Below are positions 1 to 14,146 of a stretch of DNA of 64,000 bases, piece after piece. Each line of letters begins with the position of its first letter. The first letter of the stretch is position 1. The notes under the pieces are model-generated. The model saw nothing but the letters and a program-made list of their open reading frames with translations, did no database searches and was not told the origin of the DNA. A program made the position numbers and the translations under genes. The DNA is from Eledone cirrhosa (Eukaryota): the NCBI GenBank assembly GCA_964016885.1, contig OZ024752.1:24924001-24988000 (forward strand), in the 5' to 3' direction.

Positions 1-426
1 TCAGGATGTTGTTGTAGATAAACGTGTCTGGAATGATACCAGTGTACTTAGTGTCACGAATGATCAGAAAAAGAAGGCCTGGAAATGTCATTATGAGAGA
101 CTGATGAATGTGGACCACGAATGGGTGAGAGAGAAATTACCCTCAGTAGATCCTAAACAGGGACCAGCTATTGAGATTGACGAATATAGGGTCCAAGAGG
201 CGACTAAGGAAATGAAAAATGGTAAGGCTGCTGGACCGTTGGGGATAGTTGCTGAGATGATGAAGGCATCGGGGGACGTAGGCACTAAACTGGTTGCACG
301 CATCATCAATCAGGCTATATGTGGTGGTGTCATATCCAAAGACTGGTGCAGCAGTATTCACATAAATTGCTACAAAGGGATGCTCTGGAGAGGAGCTATT
401 ATAGGGGTATAAAACTGATGGATCAG
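1..426 (+). mobile_element. RTE-clade LINE fragment (region upstream of the RT core), decayed
   Basis: ORF 104-412 has GKAAGP.GIVAEM and DWCSS..INCYKG, continuing into YRGIKLMDQ; runs off the window start. Confidence 0.9.
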
Positions 427-1816
427 CTTGCAAGGGTGGGACGGGTCTTATTCAGCACAGCATCTCTCCACTTGTCACGGTCCTTCGTCATCTCTACCCT
501 GAGCATCAACAATCTGAAGTCTGTTCTCACCAACTCTGCCCATGTTTTACCTCTAATACGTCTTCCTTCAACTGGCATTTCCTGGCACTTCTTCACCCAT
601 CGGTCATCCTCCATGCGCATCACATGTCCATACCACCTCAGTCTCCTCTCTCGCACACTACATTCTATCCCTCTCAGACACAGTTTCTCTCTCAACACAT
701 TCATGCTGGGTAGTTCACGCACATTGACATTGCACATCCAATGGAGCATGCTTGCCTCATTTCTCTCCAGCCGTCGCATATCCTCTGCAGTTGCTGCCCA
801 TGTCTCATTACCATGCAGAATCGCGCTCCTCACACGGGAATCATATAACCGGCCTTTCGTATGCAGGGAGAAACCCTTCTTCAACAGTAGCTCCCTAAAT
901 TTCTTCCAACCCGTCCTTATTCTAGATGCTATGGCCTCGTAACACCCCCCTCCCATGCTAATCCGATCTCCTAGGTACCGGAAGCTATCAACCACTTCTA
1001 TAGAACCTACCTGCATTTGAAAAATGTGTCTATCACTGCTAGTTCTACTGTCTAATCTCCCTGTACATCTACTGCATACGTATTTCTCCCTACTTGTTAT
1101 TTTGCCTGCTATCCCACTACATCTCTTGTCTACCCAGGAACTGCATTGTATGCATTTTATAGAATTTATGCCAGCTCCTTTTCTGCATAGCGAACATGGC
1201 TATATCCCTGACGGAATCAGAGTTTTGTCCTCTTTTCTACTCATCAACACTTTTGTCTTAGCTAGGTTCACTCTCAGTCCTCTTGCTTCCAACTGCTATT
1301 TCCATAGCCAGAATTTATTCTCTAGCTCCTCTACCGATTCTTCTATAAGAACCAGATCGTCAGCATAGAGAAGTTCCCATGGACAGCCAGTCTTAAACTC
1401 CTCTGTTATGGCTTGGAGGACTACAATGAACAAGAGCGGGCTGAGGACCGAACCTTGATGTACTCCTACTTGTACCTGGAATTCCTCATTAAACTCCATT
1501 CCTAGCCTCACTTTACTGACAGCACCTCTGTACAAAGTTTGCACTGTCCTCACAAGCCATTCCTCAACACCTAGTTTCCTTAGGGACCACCAGATGACAG
1601 ATCGGGGTACCCTATCAAAGGCCTTCTCTAGGTCAACAAACTCTAAGTATAGTGGCTTATTCATCTCTAAGAACCTCTCTTGTAATTGTCTCACCAAGAA
1701 GAGGGCATCTGTTGTACTTTTCCCAGGCACAAAACCAAACTGCATCTCATCTAGTTTAACCCTTTCTCTAATTAGTTGTGCTAATATCATTTCTGCCACT
1801 TTCATAACCTGATCCA
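427..1816 (-). mobile_element. RTE LINE 3' half (RT and C-terminus), inverted relative to 1-426
   Basis: [30 protein letters not shown] and RRLRWYGHV in ORFs 1296-1949 and 423-1016. Confidence 0.92.
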
Positions 1817-1817
1817 C

Positions 1818-1852
<35 letters not shown>

Positions 1853-2108
1853 CAAATATATATATATACATATACATATATATATATACATATACATTTA
1901 TATATATACATATATATATATATATACATATACATTTATATATATACATATATATGTATACACATATATATATATATTTTCGTCAAACCATTCATTCTAG
2001 CCTTAATTTATAAGGCAAATTATTATGCTACCTTAGTACAGTTATAATACCGCAGCTGTTAAAAATATCACCGAGCAGGCCCAACTCTTTATTATATCTA
2101 ATCAAAGA

Positions 2109-2167
<59 letters not shown>

Positions 2168-2170
<3 letters not shown>

Positions 2171-2431
2171 AAGTAATTCCATCGGAAAAGTCCAGGAAAA
2201 AAGAGTGCTCTATGTAAGCAACAGAGCTTAATTATTATTATTATGTAATAAACAACATAAGGCAATTATTCCATTTACCAGTGGTTTCTTAAAAGCAAAA
2301 GGTTTTGCTTTCAATCCTCAGAATGAAAAATCCTGGTTTGTTTATTGAATATGGATTCTAAAAACAAAACCCTTAAGAAACCACTGGTAAATGGAATAAT
2401 TGCCTTATGTTGTTTATTACATAATAATAAT
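2168..2431. mobile_element. Small fold-back insertion related to the PLE-1 terminal repeat, in (TA)n
   Basis: Perfect 59-bp inverted arms 2234-2292 and 2373-2431; shares GAAACC.CTGGTAA, TTGTTTATTA and AGAGCACTCT motifs with 5468-5550. Confidence 0.6.
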
Positions 2432-2502
2432 ATATATATATATATACATATATACATACATATATACATATATACATACATACATACATACATATATATA
2501 TA

Positions 2503-2607
<105 letters not shown>

Positions 2608-2616
2608 CATACAATA

Positions 2617-5590
2617 TAATGTATAATAAACAATACAATATAATTACCTCATTACCAGAGGTTTCCCGAATAAGACGAATACGAAAAACGTCCTCATTCG
2701 TTCGTCGGACAAGACAATTTAAAACATGAAATATTTGAAAAGTCTCCTCAAGAAATGCAAGAGTTTAACGGGCAAAAAATATATAAATAAAAGTAATGCA
2801 AGAGATATATAAAAAATAAGGAAATATAGTTAGGGTATGTGTATAAGTATGTATATACATTCACAAATGTACATATGTGTGTATGTACAAATGCATGTGT
2901 ATGGTGAGAATGTGTGCGTAAGTACATATATGAGGGCAAGTATATTTGTGTATATGTGACCACAAATACGTATATAATATGAGTTGAAAAAGAAATTGTA
3001 AGATAATATAGTTAACACGCATCCAGATACAGGTATTAAATACACATACGAGTATGAAAGCACGCGTATAAACACACACACACGCGCAGTCACTTATATG
3101 CGGAAGATAAAGAAGGATGGGAGTGTAATAGTAAAAAGAAGTGTCATTCTCGATATATGTATAAAAATGAAACAATATATGAGAATGAAAAACATTTTTT
3201 AAATCAAAGAGAAAGTGATCAATTAACACTAGTGAAAAAACAAACATATGTACGCACATACACACACATATATATATTAAAAAATATTTATACACACAAA
3301 TACGTACAGACAAAAGAGCATGCATGCGTACATACATACACACGAGGCACATATATATATATCGCCACATGTATATCTAATCACACGTACGCGACTATAT
3401 ATATATACATATATACATACACACCCATTCATACATATACATATAGACACATATACATACACATACACATACATTCACCCGCATACACACACACGTATAA
3501 ATAAGTATGTAAAAAACATAGATATAAAAACACACATACACACACATATATATACGTACGCACGCACACATACGGAGGCGTTCGTATGCATATACAGAAC
3601 GTATACACACATATGCACTCTCACACGCATAGATACAGATTATAAACCAGCCGTATGAATGAATGAGTACAAATATAAAATCGGCTGCGAAACAACAGAA
3701 TATATCTAGAGTGGAAAACGCAAGTGACATGTAATATCAGGTAGTGAAAGATAATGGGGAAGTAAAATGTGGAATGTGAAGATATTAGGTAAGTGAATCG
3801 AAAAGTAGGAGGGGGGGGGTTACTGGTGGATGTGAAGTAAAAATAAAAATAAAAATAAAAATAAAATTAAAAATAAAGTTAAAAATGAAAGTAAATCAGA
3901 AAGAGAAGTCTGTAAAGAAGATAATTTAAGGAAAGTGAAGAATAAGAGTTTATGTAGGATAAGTATCTGAAAGTGAGTTAAGTTTATATGAGCTAGAAAG
4001 CAAGTGTGATTTCATGTGTGGGCAACTGGTGAAAATTTCTGTTTTTGTATTTAGGCAGGTTTTTGGTGATTTAAGGTTCTGTAAAATCCAATATTTTTCA
4101 CTTATACAGAGTGTGCATCTTCTTGTTCCTCTTGCATATTCTTTAGATTGGTTCAAAATTGGCCAATCCAATTTATATTGTATACCTTGGTCTTTCAAAT
4201 CCCATATTCTGCTAGCCAGAGCTGTTGTGAATCTTTTTTCTGGATGTCGGAAAGATGCGACATGTGAGTAATAATGCGTTTTTAATTTGTCTTGTGTCAT
4301 ACCCACATATCGTTCGCTGGTGACTGGTTGGTTGTTGCTGATGGTTGTCACTTTAGCCGCATATACAATGGCTTTGGTGTTGCATTTACCTTGTAATGGG
4401 CATTCACTTTTGACTCTACAGGAGCAATTTTGATGTTCTCTGGGTGATTTCTTATTGAGGATATAAGATTTAATAGGGGGACCGCAGGAGTAGCTAATTT
4501 TGACACAGTTTCTATTGAAGATCTTATAGTATCTGTGTGTTCTAGGGAAATGTTTATCTAAGAGCTCTAGGAATTTTTTGCCTACATTAGTTTTAACTGC
4601 TAGAGAGTAGAGGGTGTGAACCAGATTATTTTTCTTTTCCTATTATTATGTTTAAAAGAGTTAGTATTGTTGGGTATGTACTTAATCGGTTCGCTAAATC
4701 CGCTATTTTGAAGGGCTTTATTATAGTAGGAGGATGCCCTATTTAAAATAGCTTCTGAGGAAGAGAGGGTGGAGATCCTACGGCTAATATTAGGGATAAG
4801 GTTTTTAAAAATTATAGGAGGATGGAAAGAGCCTTTATTTATATATGTTAAATTTTCATTAGGTTTATGGTATGGTTTATAAGAAGCAGTAGGCAGATCT
4901 AAGTTTATATCTAGAAAATTAACATTGGAAAGGTTAGTGTAAATAGTAATTTTAAGATTAAAACTAGCGAAGGTTTTTATTAAGTCTTTCCTTAATCTAT
5001 CTAACTTATGGCCTATGGTGGTATGGGAAAGTATTAGACCATCGTCGCGATAAAGCCCAAAAATATGATTAGGGAATTTTTCTTTAAGTGTGTGTAGGTG
5101 GAATAGGCCGACTAAATCACAAACATCAGCACTGTCAAAAGAACCCATTGAGACATCGAATGGGTTCTCTGGGTTAGATATTTTTATTCAAGTGTCATTA
5201 TCAGTAAAAAGTAGAGTGTTACTAGCATGCAAGATGACATTCTCTTCAATATCAGAAATATTGGTAAACTTTCTAGCGAAATTTAAGGCTTTCGCTAAAA
5301 GAGTCTGAGTGATAGACAGGTAGAAATCTACAATGTCAAATTGGGTGAATCTAGAACTATTTTTATTTTTAATATTTCTTGAGGAGACTTTTCAAATATT
5401 TCACTATGTTTTAAATTGCCTTGTCCGACGAACGAATGAGGACGTTTTTCGTATTCGTCTTATTCGGGAAACCTCTGGTAATGAGGTAATTATATTGTAT
5501 TGTTTATTATACATTAAATTTTGCTCTGGTACTTATATAGAGCACTCTTCACTCCTATGACTTTTTCAATTTTCAACGGAAACTTCAATA
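2617..5590 (-). mobile_element. Penelope-like element family 1, 5'-truncated and frameshifted, with inverted terminal repeat
   Basis: RT motifs MGSFDSADVCDLVG and GLYRDDGL (ORF 4600-5148); C-terminal GIY-YIG (IVY...YVGMT, CTLCISEK..I; ORF 3950-4351); 2617-2756 is the inverted copy of 5374-5516; both ends abut (TA)n. Confidence 0.88.
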
Positions 5591-5704
5591 CATATATATA
5601 TATACATATACATTTATATATGTACATATATACATATATATATATATACATATATATATACATATATATATATACATATACATTTATACATACACATATA
5701 TACA

Positions 5705-6845
5705 TAGACATGGCTTGTATAGCTCTCATAAGCCATTCTTCTATACCTAGTTTTCTAAGAGCCCACCAGATAATGGTGCGGGGGACTCAGTCAAAGGCTT
5801 TCTCGAAGTCAACAATAGCTAAGTAGAGGGGTTTACTTTTAGCTAGGTACTCCTCCTGTAGTAATCGTACAAGGAAAAGAGCGTCTGTGGTACTTTTACC
5901 TAACACAAACCCAAACTGCATTTCATCTAGATCAATTCGCTCACTGTGACCTTCATGACCTGGTCAACTAATTTAATGCCTCTATAGTTTCCCCTATCTA
6001 GAGCATCCCTTTACCCTTGTATCAGTTAATGATGATGCTGCTACACCAGTCCTTTGGTATGACCTCATTCTGTATTACTTGGTTTACTATCTGGGTGACC
6101 ATAGTATGTCCCACCATTCCAGATGCTTTCAACATTTCAGTAATTATCTCCGACGGCCCAGCTGCCTTGCCTCTCTTCATATCTTTGATTGCCTTACTTA
6201 TTATACTACATTTAACTTGCACTTCTGGTCCCTCGATTGGATCAATTTGGGGCAGACTATCTTTTTCCCATTTATTCTACTCATTTAGTAGTCTCTCGTA
6301 GTGACACTTCCAAGCTATCTTCTTATCAGTAAAAGTGAGGGCAAGTACACCATTATCACTATGGACTCACTTCTCGCCGACAATATCATGATTTTCCTGG
6401 ACACATTGTCTAGCAATCCTGAACATCACACGTTTTAGGTCCTCTTGTGTAGAACATGCTTGAACTTTCTTTCCTCTGCTTCCCTTCTTGCAAAGTACAC
6501 TTGTCTCCTAGCTTCTCTCCTGGCCACTTGATAGCATTCTCTACTTCCCCATCCTGCCATACTTTTCAAGCCTGCTTTTTGGCCTTGATTGACTTTTCCA
6601 CCTTACTGTTCCACCACCAAGTTACTCTCTTCCTGCCTATAGGTCTGCTCCAGCCACAGATTTCATCTGTCACTTTCAGCAGTTCACTTTCAAGAATTTC
6701 CACTGTTCTCTATATTCTACGTCTCTAATTACTCTTCCTTACTGTCAAAAGCATCAAGTAATAAGCTTTTAAATTTGTCACTGGCTGTGGGGTCCTTCAA
6801 CTTCCATATTCTTTTCCTTAAGGTAGTCTTTTGTTTTATGTTCAT
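5705..6845 (-). mobile_element. RTE LINE fragment, decayed
   Basis: GKAAGPSEIITEML and DWCSSIII; inverted paralog of 59740-60750. Confidence 0.85.
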
Positions 6846-6879
6846 TGTTCATCACACACACATACACATATAATTGACA

Positions 6880-7727
6880 TTCTCTTTGGAATTACTGATG
6901 AAACCTGTTAGTGACACAACCGCAAGGGAAGTTCCTAGGTAAATTGCTTTATTTAGCTTTTGTAGATCTAGAAAAGGCCTTTGACAGAGTACCTCACTCT
7001 GTTATCTGGTGGTCCTTCAGAAATTTACGCGGAGAATGGCTTGTGAGAGCAGTGCAAGCCATGTGCTGAGGAGCTGTCAGTAAAGTGAGAGTAGGAAGGG
7101 AGTTTAGTGAAGAGTTCAATGTACAGGTAGGTGTTCATCATTGTTCAGTTCACAACCCACCGCTGTTCATCATAGTTTTCCAGGCCATAACCAATGAATT
7201 TAGGACTGGCTGTTCACGGGAAACAGTCTATGTGAATGATCTGGTCCTTATAGCTGACTCCATAAAAGAACTAAAGAATAAGTGACCCTACTGCATATGT
7301 AGGAAAGGAGTGAGCATAAACTGTACACAATGATAGCTTCTGCTATCTAGGTGGAGAGAAATGGAGCGACCATGCTTCGTACAAAGTAAATGTGAGAGGA
7401 AGGCAGAGATTGGATAAATAGAGGAAGAAATTGGACTTCAGGGGAAACCGAAGTGGTGTGCAAGAGAGAAGACTACTTTAGTAGGAATATGTGATAGGCA
7501 TGGATGATGATCGCTGGTTAAAGAAGCGACAGGGAATACTAGAGGGAAGCCATTCTAGAGGTAGACCAAGGAAGACCAGAGTAAATGTGGTGAGAGCTGA
7601 TCTCAAATTGCTGAGACTCACAGAGAAGATAACGAAGGAACAAGCGAGTAGGGAGATGTTGTGCTTAAAAGGACCCATCCAGCCCATGCCAGGATTGAAA
7701 AACGGACGTAAAACTATGATGATGATG
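6880..7727 (+). mobile_element. RTE LINE RT/3' fragment with (GAT)n tail, decayed
   Basis: VGVHH.SV..P.LFII and RGRPRKT; tail AAAACGGACGTAAAACTATGATGATGATG. Confidence 0.85.
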
Positions 7728-7986
7728 TAGATGAAACAAATTAAATCAAAACAGATTTAGACTAAAACGAACAAAACTTCCCTGAAACAAGAAGGTACAG
7801 CTAAATAGAAAATATATTTTATAATGTAAGGTAGTGAACCACATAATTAAATAGACGGAGGTAATTTAAATAATAAAGATATCTTTAATTTACTTAAAGC
7901 AATAACAAGGTACAGTTAAATACAAACTATATTTTATAATGTAAGGTAGTGAACAAGATAATTAAATAGACGGCGGTATTTTAAAT

Positions 7987-8163
7987 AATTGTTTCTACTT
8001 TTGGCACAAGGCCAGCAATTATCCGTTGTATTACTGGTACTTTATTTTATCGACCCCGTAAGGATGAAAGGCAAAGTTAACCTCGGCGGGATTTGAACTT
8101 AATCCGTAAAGGGACGTAACTGTGCTGCACAGCATGGCGTCCGATCCTCTACCGATACTGCCA
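7987..8163 (-). mobile_element. tRNA-derived SINE
   Basis: Minus strand has A box TGGCAGTATCGG, B box GTTCAAATCC and core GCCTTTCATCCTTACGGGGTCGATAAAATAAAGTACCAG; other copies at 18562 and 20180. Confidence 0.8.
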
Positions 8164-8683
8164 TAAAGACAGTTATAACAATATATTTTATATCACATGT
8201 AACAGTGGAATCTGGTTAATTACTGGATCGTTGTAGGGTTCACATAATTATATTATTTACACACATTAATATAGACATTAAATAAATCTTTGTCAACTTA
8301 CCTCCTTAAGTTATAATCAATGTGTATGTGTTGTTAGTTTTTACTAAACAACCAAAGAAATAATCTCTTTATCAAATTAAAAATTTCAAAGATGTTATCA
8401 GCTTTATTTCACGACATTAACGTTGGTGTATCTTCTTCATCTTTAGTCATAAATTAATATCTTGTCAGAATGAAGCAGTGAGGCTGACTTTATGTCTTTA
8501 ACTACAGATTTGATAGAAAATATATATATAAGGTTGACATGTGGTCTATAAATGACTTATAGCAGATGTTCTGGTGAAATAGTAGTTTTACTACTACAGA
8601 TTGTAATGGAACTCTTAGTAGATACAATTGTAAATTAAGAATAGATATGAGAGTGTAAGACTGATGTCGGGTAAATAAAATGT

Positions 8684-8770
<87 letters not shown>

Positions 8771-8772
8771 GT

Positions 8773-8916
8773 GGCATACATGACTTTTAACGTTCTAAAA
8801 AATGAAAGTAATATATTTTCATTTTCGAACGTCGTGTTTACATTTTGTGTGTGTGCTTAGATCTAAATTAGTTACTGAGATTAAAGACAAAATCAGAGCC
8901 TCTGTCGTTTTAACTG

Positions 8917-8956
<40 letters not shown>

Positions 8957-9141
8957 GACTCCTTCTTCCTCACTTTTCGTTGCTTCACCATCTTTGTTTT
9001 TTTACACTCGTGTCCCCTTTATTTACGTGTCCCAACGACTTTTTTTAGCCGTTGCTCGCACCAACCGGAGGTATATGGTCTTTAAAGCGATGAAATACCA
9101 ATGATGGTTGGAAGATCACTGATGAAGGACTAACTTTATTC

Positions 9142-9174
<33 letters not shown>

Positions 9175-9358
9175 AAGTTGACGGTTGAGAGAAGAGTACT
9201 CAATACCGAAGTAATCTTGTAATGAGGCTTGCAGAATGGTGAGTCCGCCTTTCTGGACGCTGCTGCCTTGTAGAAGTCCCAAATCGAAGCTGTGACACTC
9301 TCGTCCCCATCATTCAGCAGGGATTTTGCCAGGCAGCCGCTTCATCTCCGATGGTTGG
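8773..9358 (+). mobile_element. Merlin DNA transposon remnant (left TIR and part of interior)
   Basis: Paralog of 20909-21258; TIR starts GGCATACATG; ends at ...ISDGW. Confidence 0.75.
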
Positions 9359-9399
9359 TGTAAAAGTAGTTTCAGATTTTCAAGTCCTTTAATAATAAT

Positions 9400-9473
9400 G
9401 CTGTGATATATATTTCAGTGACGACACTGGCCACACTGTTCTGTGTGCGAGTGTCGTGTCATCATCAGACAGC
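9400..9473 (-). ncRNA. Type I hammerhead ribozyme (left arm copy)
   Basis: Reverse complement of 10945-11018. Confidence 0.8.
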
Positions 9474-10944
9474 TTGTTACATAATAAGGTTATGTTTCCG
9501 AGGCAATCCAAATTGGATCGACATGGGAACGGATGAATTGCGTGTTTTGGGGTTTTTCATCCGCTCCCTTGTGAGTACCAATTCACCTCCACCGGCCTGC
9601 GCAAGCGCATGTCTGAAGGAAGTTGACCATTAGCCACCGCAGATTTCAACGAAATTCGCTTAGTCAGTTCACCCTCTCAGTCAAAACAATGGCCCACCAA
9701 TGCCTGTACCATATTTTACTGCTACCCATCAGGGCTGAAGCAGTCAGCCGAGAGCCAGAGGGGATGGGAGAGTGTTAGTTTTTACAGGTCATAATACTAC
9801 CCCTCACTAAGCGTTGACGGTACGACTGACCATCACCTTATAAGGGAAAATAAACTTAATTCTAGGTATCATGGTTTTACGTTGGAAGTTAAGAGTGAGA
9901 GTTGGAAATAAAAATTAAAATCCTAAATCAAATATCAGAAATTATAAATTAAACAATTAAGAAATTAACAATTAGAAATTAAAGAATTTAAAAAAAAATT
10001 CTTTTCAGGTGATAATTCGGATTGAGGTGAGTAAAAATATAGACTGAAGTGAGTAAATAATATGGAGAGAGATGTTTAAGTAATATGTTCTGAGATGGAT
10101 TCTAGTGTCACAGTTACTCTATCCACATATTGAACGACAGTGCCGTACGTTATAACTGAGGGCAAACTACAGGGCTCTAGGCATTAGTCAATCTGGTACA
10201 CAGTCATAATTTCCATCACATGGAACAAAGTCAAAGAAAAACAGACATAAAGTATACAAAAGAAAAGAACAGAACCAATAGTGAATAAATGCAAAAACAC
10301 AGTACATATATGCAAAATGATCCATATGATTGTCCATCTGTCCATGTATAGATTGATTTGAGGGGGCTTCAGTCTATATTTTTACTCACCACAATACGAA
10401 TTATCACCTGAAAAGAATTTTTCTTTTTTAATTCTTTAATTTCTAATTGTTAATTTCTTAATTGTTTAATTTATAATTTCTGATATTTGATTTAGGATTT
10501 TAATTTTTATTTCCAACTCTCACTCTTAACTTCCAACGTAAAACCATGATACCTAGAATTAAGTTTATTTTCCCTTATAAGGTGATGGTCAGTCGTACCG
10601 TCAACGCTTAGTGAGGGGTAGTATTATGACCTGTAAAAACTAACACTCTCCCATCCCCTCTAGCTCTCGGCTGACTGCCACAGCCGTGATGGGTAGCAGT
10701 AAAATATGGTACAGGCATTGGTGGGCCATTGTTTTGACTGAGAGGGTGAACTGACTAAGCGAATTTCGTTGAAATCTGCGGTGGCTAATGGTCAACTTCC
10801 TTCGGACATGCGCTTGCGCAGGCCGGTGGGGGTGAATTGGTACTCACAAGGGAGCGGATGAAAAACCCCAAAACACGCAATTCATCCGTTTCCATGTCGA
10901 TCCAATTTGGATTGCCTCGGAAACATAACCTTATTATGTAACAA

Positions 10945-11018
10945 GCTGTCTGATGATGACACGACACTCGCACACAGAACAGTGTGGCCAGTGTCGTCAC
11001 TGAAATATATATCACAGC
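10945..11018 (+). ncRNA. Type I hammerhead ribozyme with palindromic stem III
   Basis: GCTGT-CTGATGA-[long stem II with ACGACACT/AGTGTCGT and CACAC/GTGTG]-GAAA-TATATA-TC-ACAGC; stem I GCTGT/ACAGC; predicted cleavage after AUC at 11013. Confidence 0.82.
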
Positions 11019-11141
11019 ATTGTTATTAAAGGACTTGGACATCTGAAACTACTTCGCTTTTCCTTATTCGATATTTACTCCGTCACTCCTATGTGGAAAA
11101 AGTACGTTGAGTACTTGAATTGAATTGCATCAATATTTACC

Positions 11142-11144
<3 letters not shown>

Positions 11145-11231
<87 letters not shown>

Positions 11232-11238
11232 TATATAC

Positions 11239-11294
<56 letters not shown>

Positions 11295-11404
11295 GCATAT
11301 ATATATATACATATATATATACATATATATATATACATATATATATATACATATATATATACATATATATATACATATATATATATATACATATATATAT
11401 ATAC

Positions 11405-11453
<49 letters not shown>

Positions 11454-11466
11454 CATATATATACAC

Positions 11467-11505
<39 letters not shown>

Positions 11506-11625
11506 TATACTTATATATACATATATATATACATATATATATATACATATATATATACATATATATATACATATATATATACATATATATATACATATAT
11601 ATATATGCATACATATATATACATA
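11145..11625. repeat. (TA)n/(TATACA) microsatellite
   Basis: Visible directly; similar tracts at about 1817, 2112, 2431, 8686, 13229, 16351, 18117, 39946, 43361 and 53101. Confidence 0.98.
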
Positions 11626-13228
<1,603 letters not shown>

Positions 13229-13315
13229 TATATATATATATATATATACATATATATACATATATATATATATATATACATGTATATATATATATATCCA
13301 TATATATATATATAC

Positions 13316-13444
<129 letters not shown>

Positions 13445-13449
13445 CATAT

Positions 13450-13482
<33 letters not shown>

Positions 13483-13486
13483 CATA

Positions 13487-13605
<119 letters not shown>

Positions 13606-13818
13606 CGTTTCTGAATTTGTTTAGCAAGATTCTTTATCTGAAATCGTGTGTTGAAACCGATATTGTTATACTTTGGGAGGGTCATGTTGCCAATAAGAAA
13701 CACACGCACCAGTTGCTTTCACTTCAATTTAATTTATTAAATATTTATAAATTTACAAATTTATAAATTTCTGGTTGGTTGGTTGGTTCCACAACCAGAT
13801 AGTTGTTTATATATATAT

Positions 13819-13863
13819 AGTCATAGTTCTTTCGTCACACACTCTGTGACCTCTTCAGTGACT
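13819..13863 (-). ncRNA. Minimal type I hammerhead ribozyme in the PLE-2 pLTR
   Basis: AGTCA-CTGAAGA-G-GTCACA gagtg TGTGAC-GAAA-GAAC-TA-TGACT; stem I AGTCA/TGACT. Confidence 0.75.
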
Positions 13864-14146
13864 GGGGATTTCTTTCTTCGTTTCTATGCCTTTCCTTTCT
13901 TCTATCCTACGCCATTTTGTTTGTGTGTGGGTTGCGTGCTCAGTTTGCGCATGCGCCACATCCGGGTGTCTGTGTGTGTTTGTGTTCATTTTTCTATTTT
14001 TCTATTTATATTTTTTTATTTGTTTGTTTATTTATTTATTTATTGTTGGTTGGTTGTTTGTTCTATGTGTGTGTGTGTTTTCATTTTGTGTGTGTTTTCA
14101 ATTGTAAGTTGTTTGTTCGATGTGTGTGTGTGTTTTCATTTTGTCC

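Larger units (their letters stand above)
9364..11145. mobile_element. Non-coding fold-back element with ~687-bp inverted arms, each with a hammerhead ribozyme
   Basis: Arms 9364-10049 and 10367-11054 are near-identical reverse complements; 317-bp spacer; right end runs into (TA)n. Confidence 0.85.

Noticed and set aside
2285-2325. Minus-strand CTGAGGA-TT-GAAA-GCAAAA cc TTTTGC as a hammerhead
   Set aside because: No stem II and no stem I pairing
6895-6940. CTGATGA as a hammerhead core
   Set aside because: Lies in decayed RTE coding sequence (TTDA-motif region); no stem II-GAAA or stem I pairing
9080-9143. Type II hammerhead arrangement GAAA...CTGATGA
   Set aside because: Cleavage position would be G and stem I is absent; at most a truncated type I core
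9403-9633. 72-85 aa ORFs duplicated in the inverted arms as protein genes
   Set aside because: No recognisable motifs, antisense to the ribozyme strand, and identical only because the arms are recent copies
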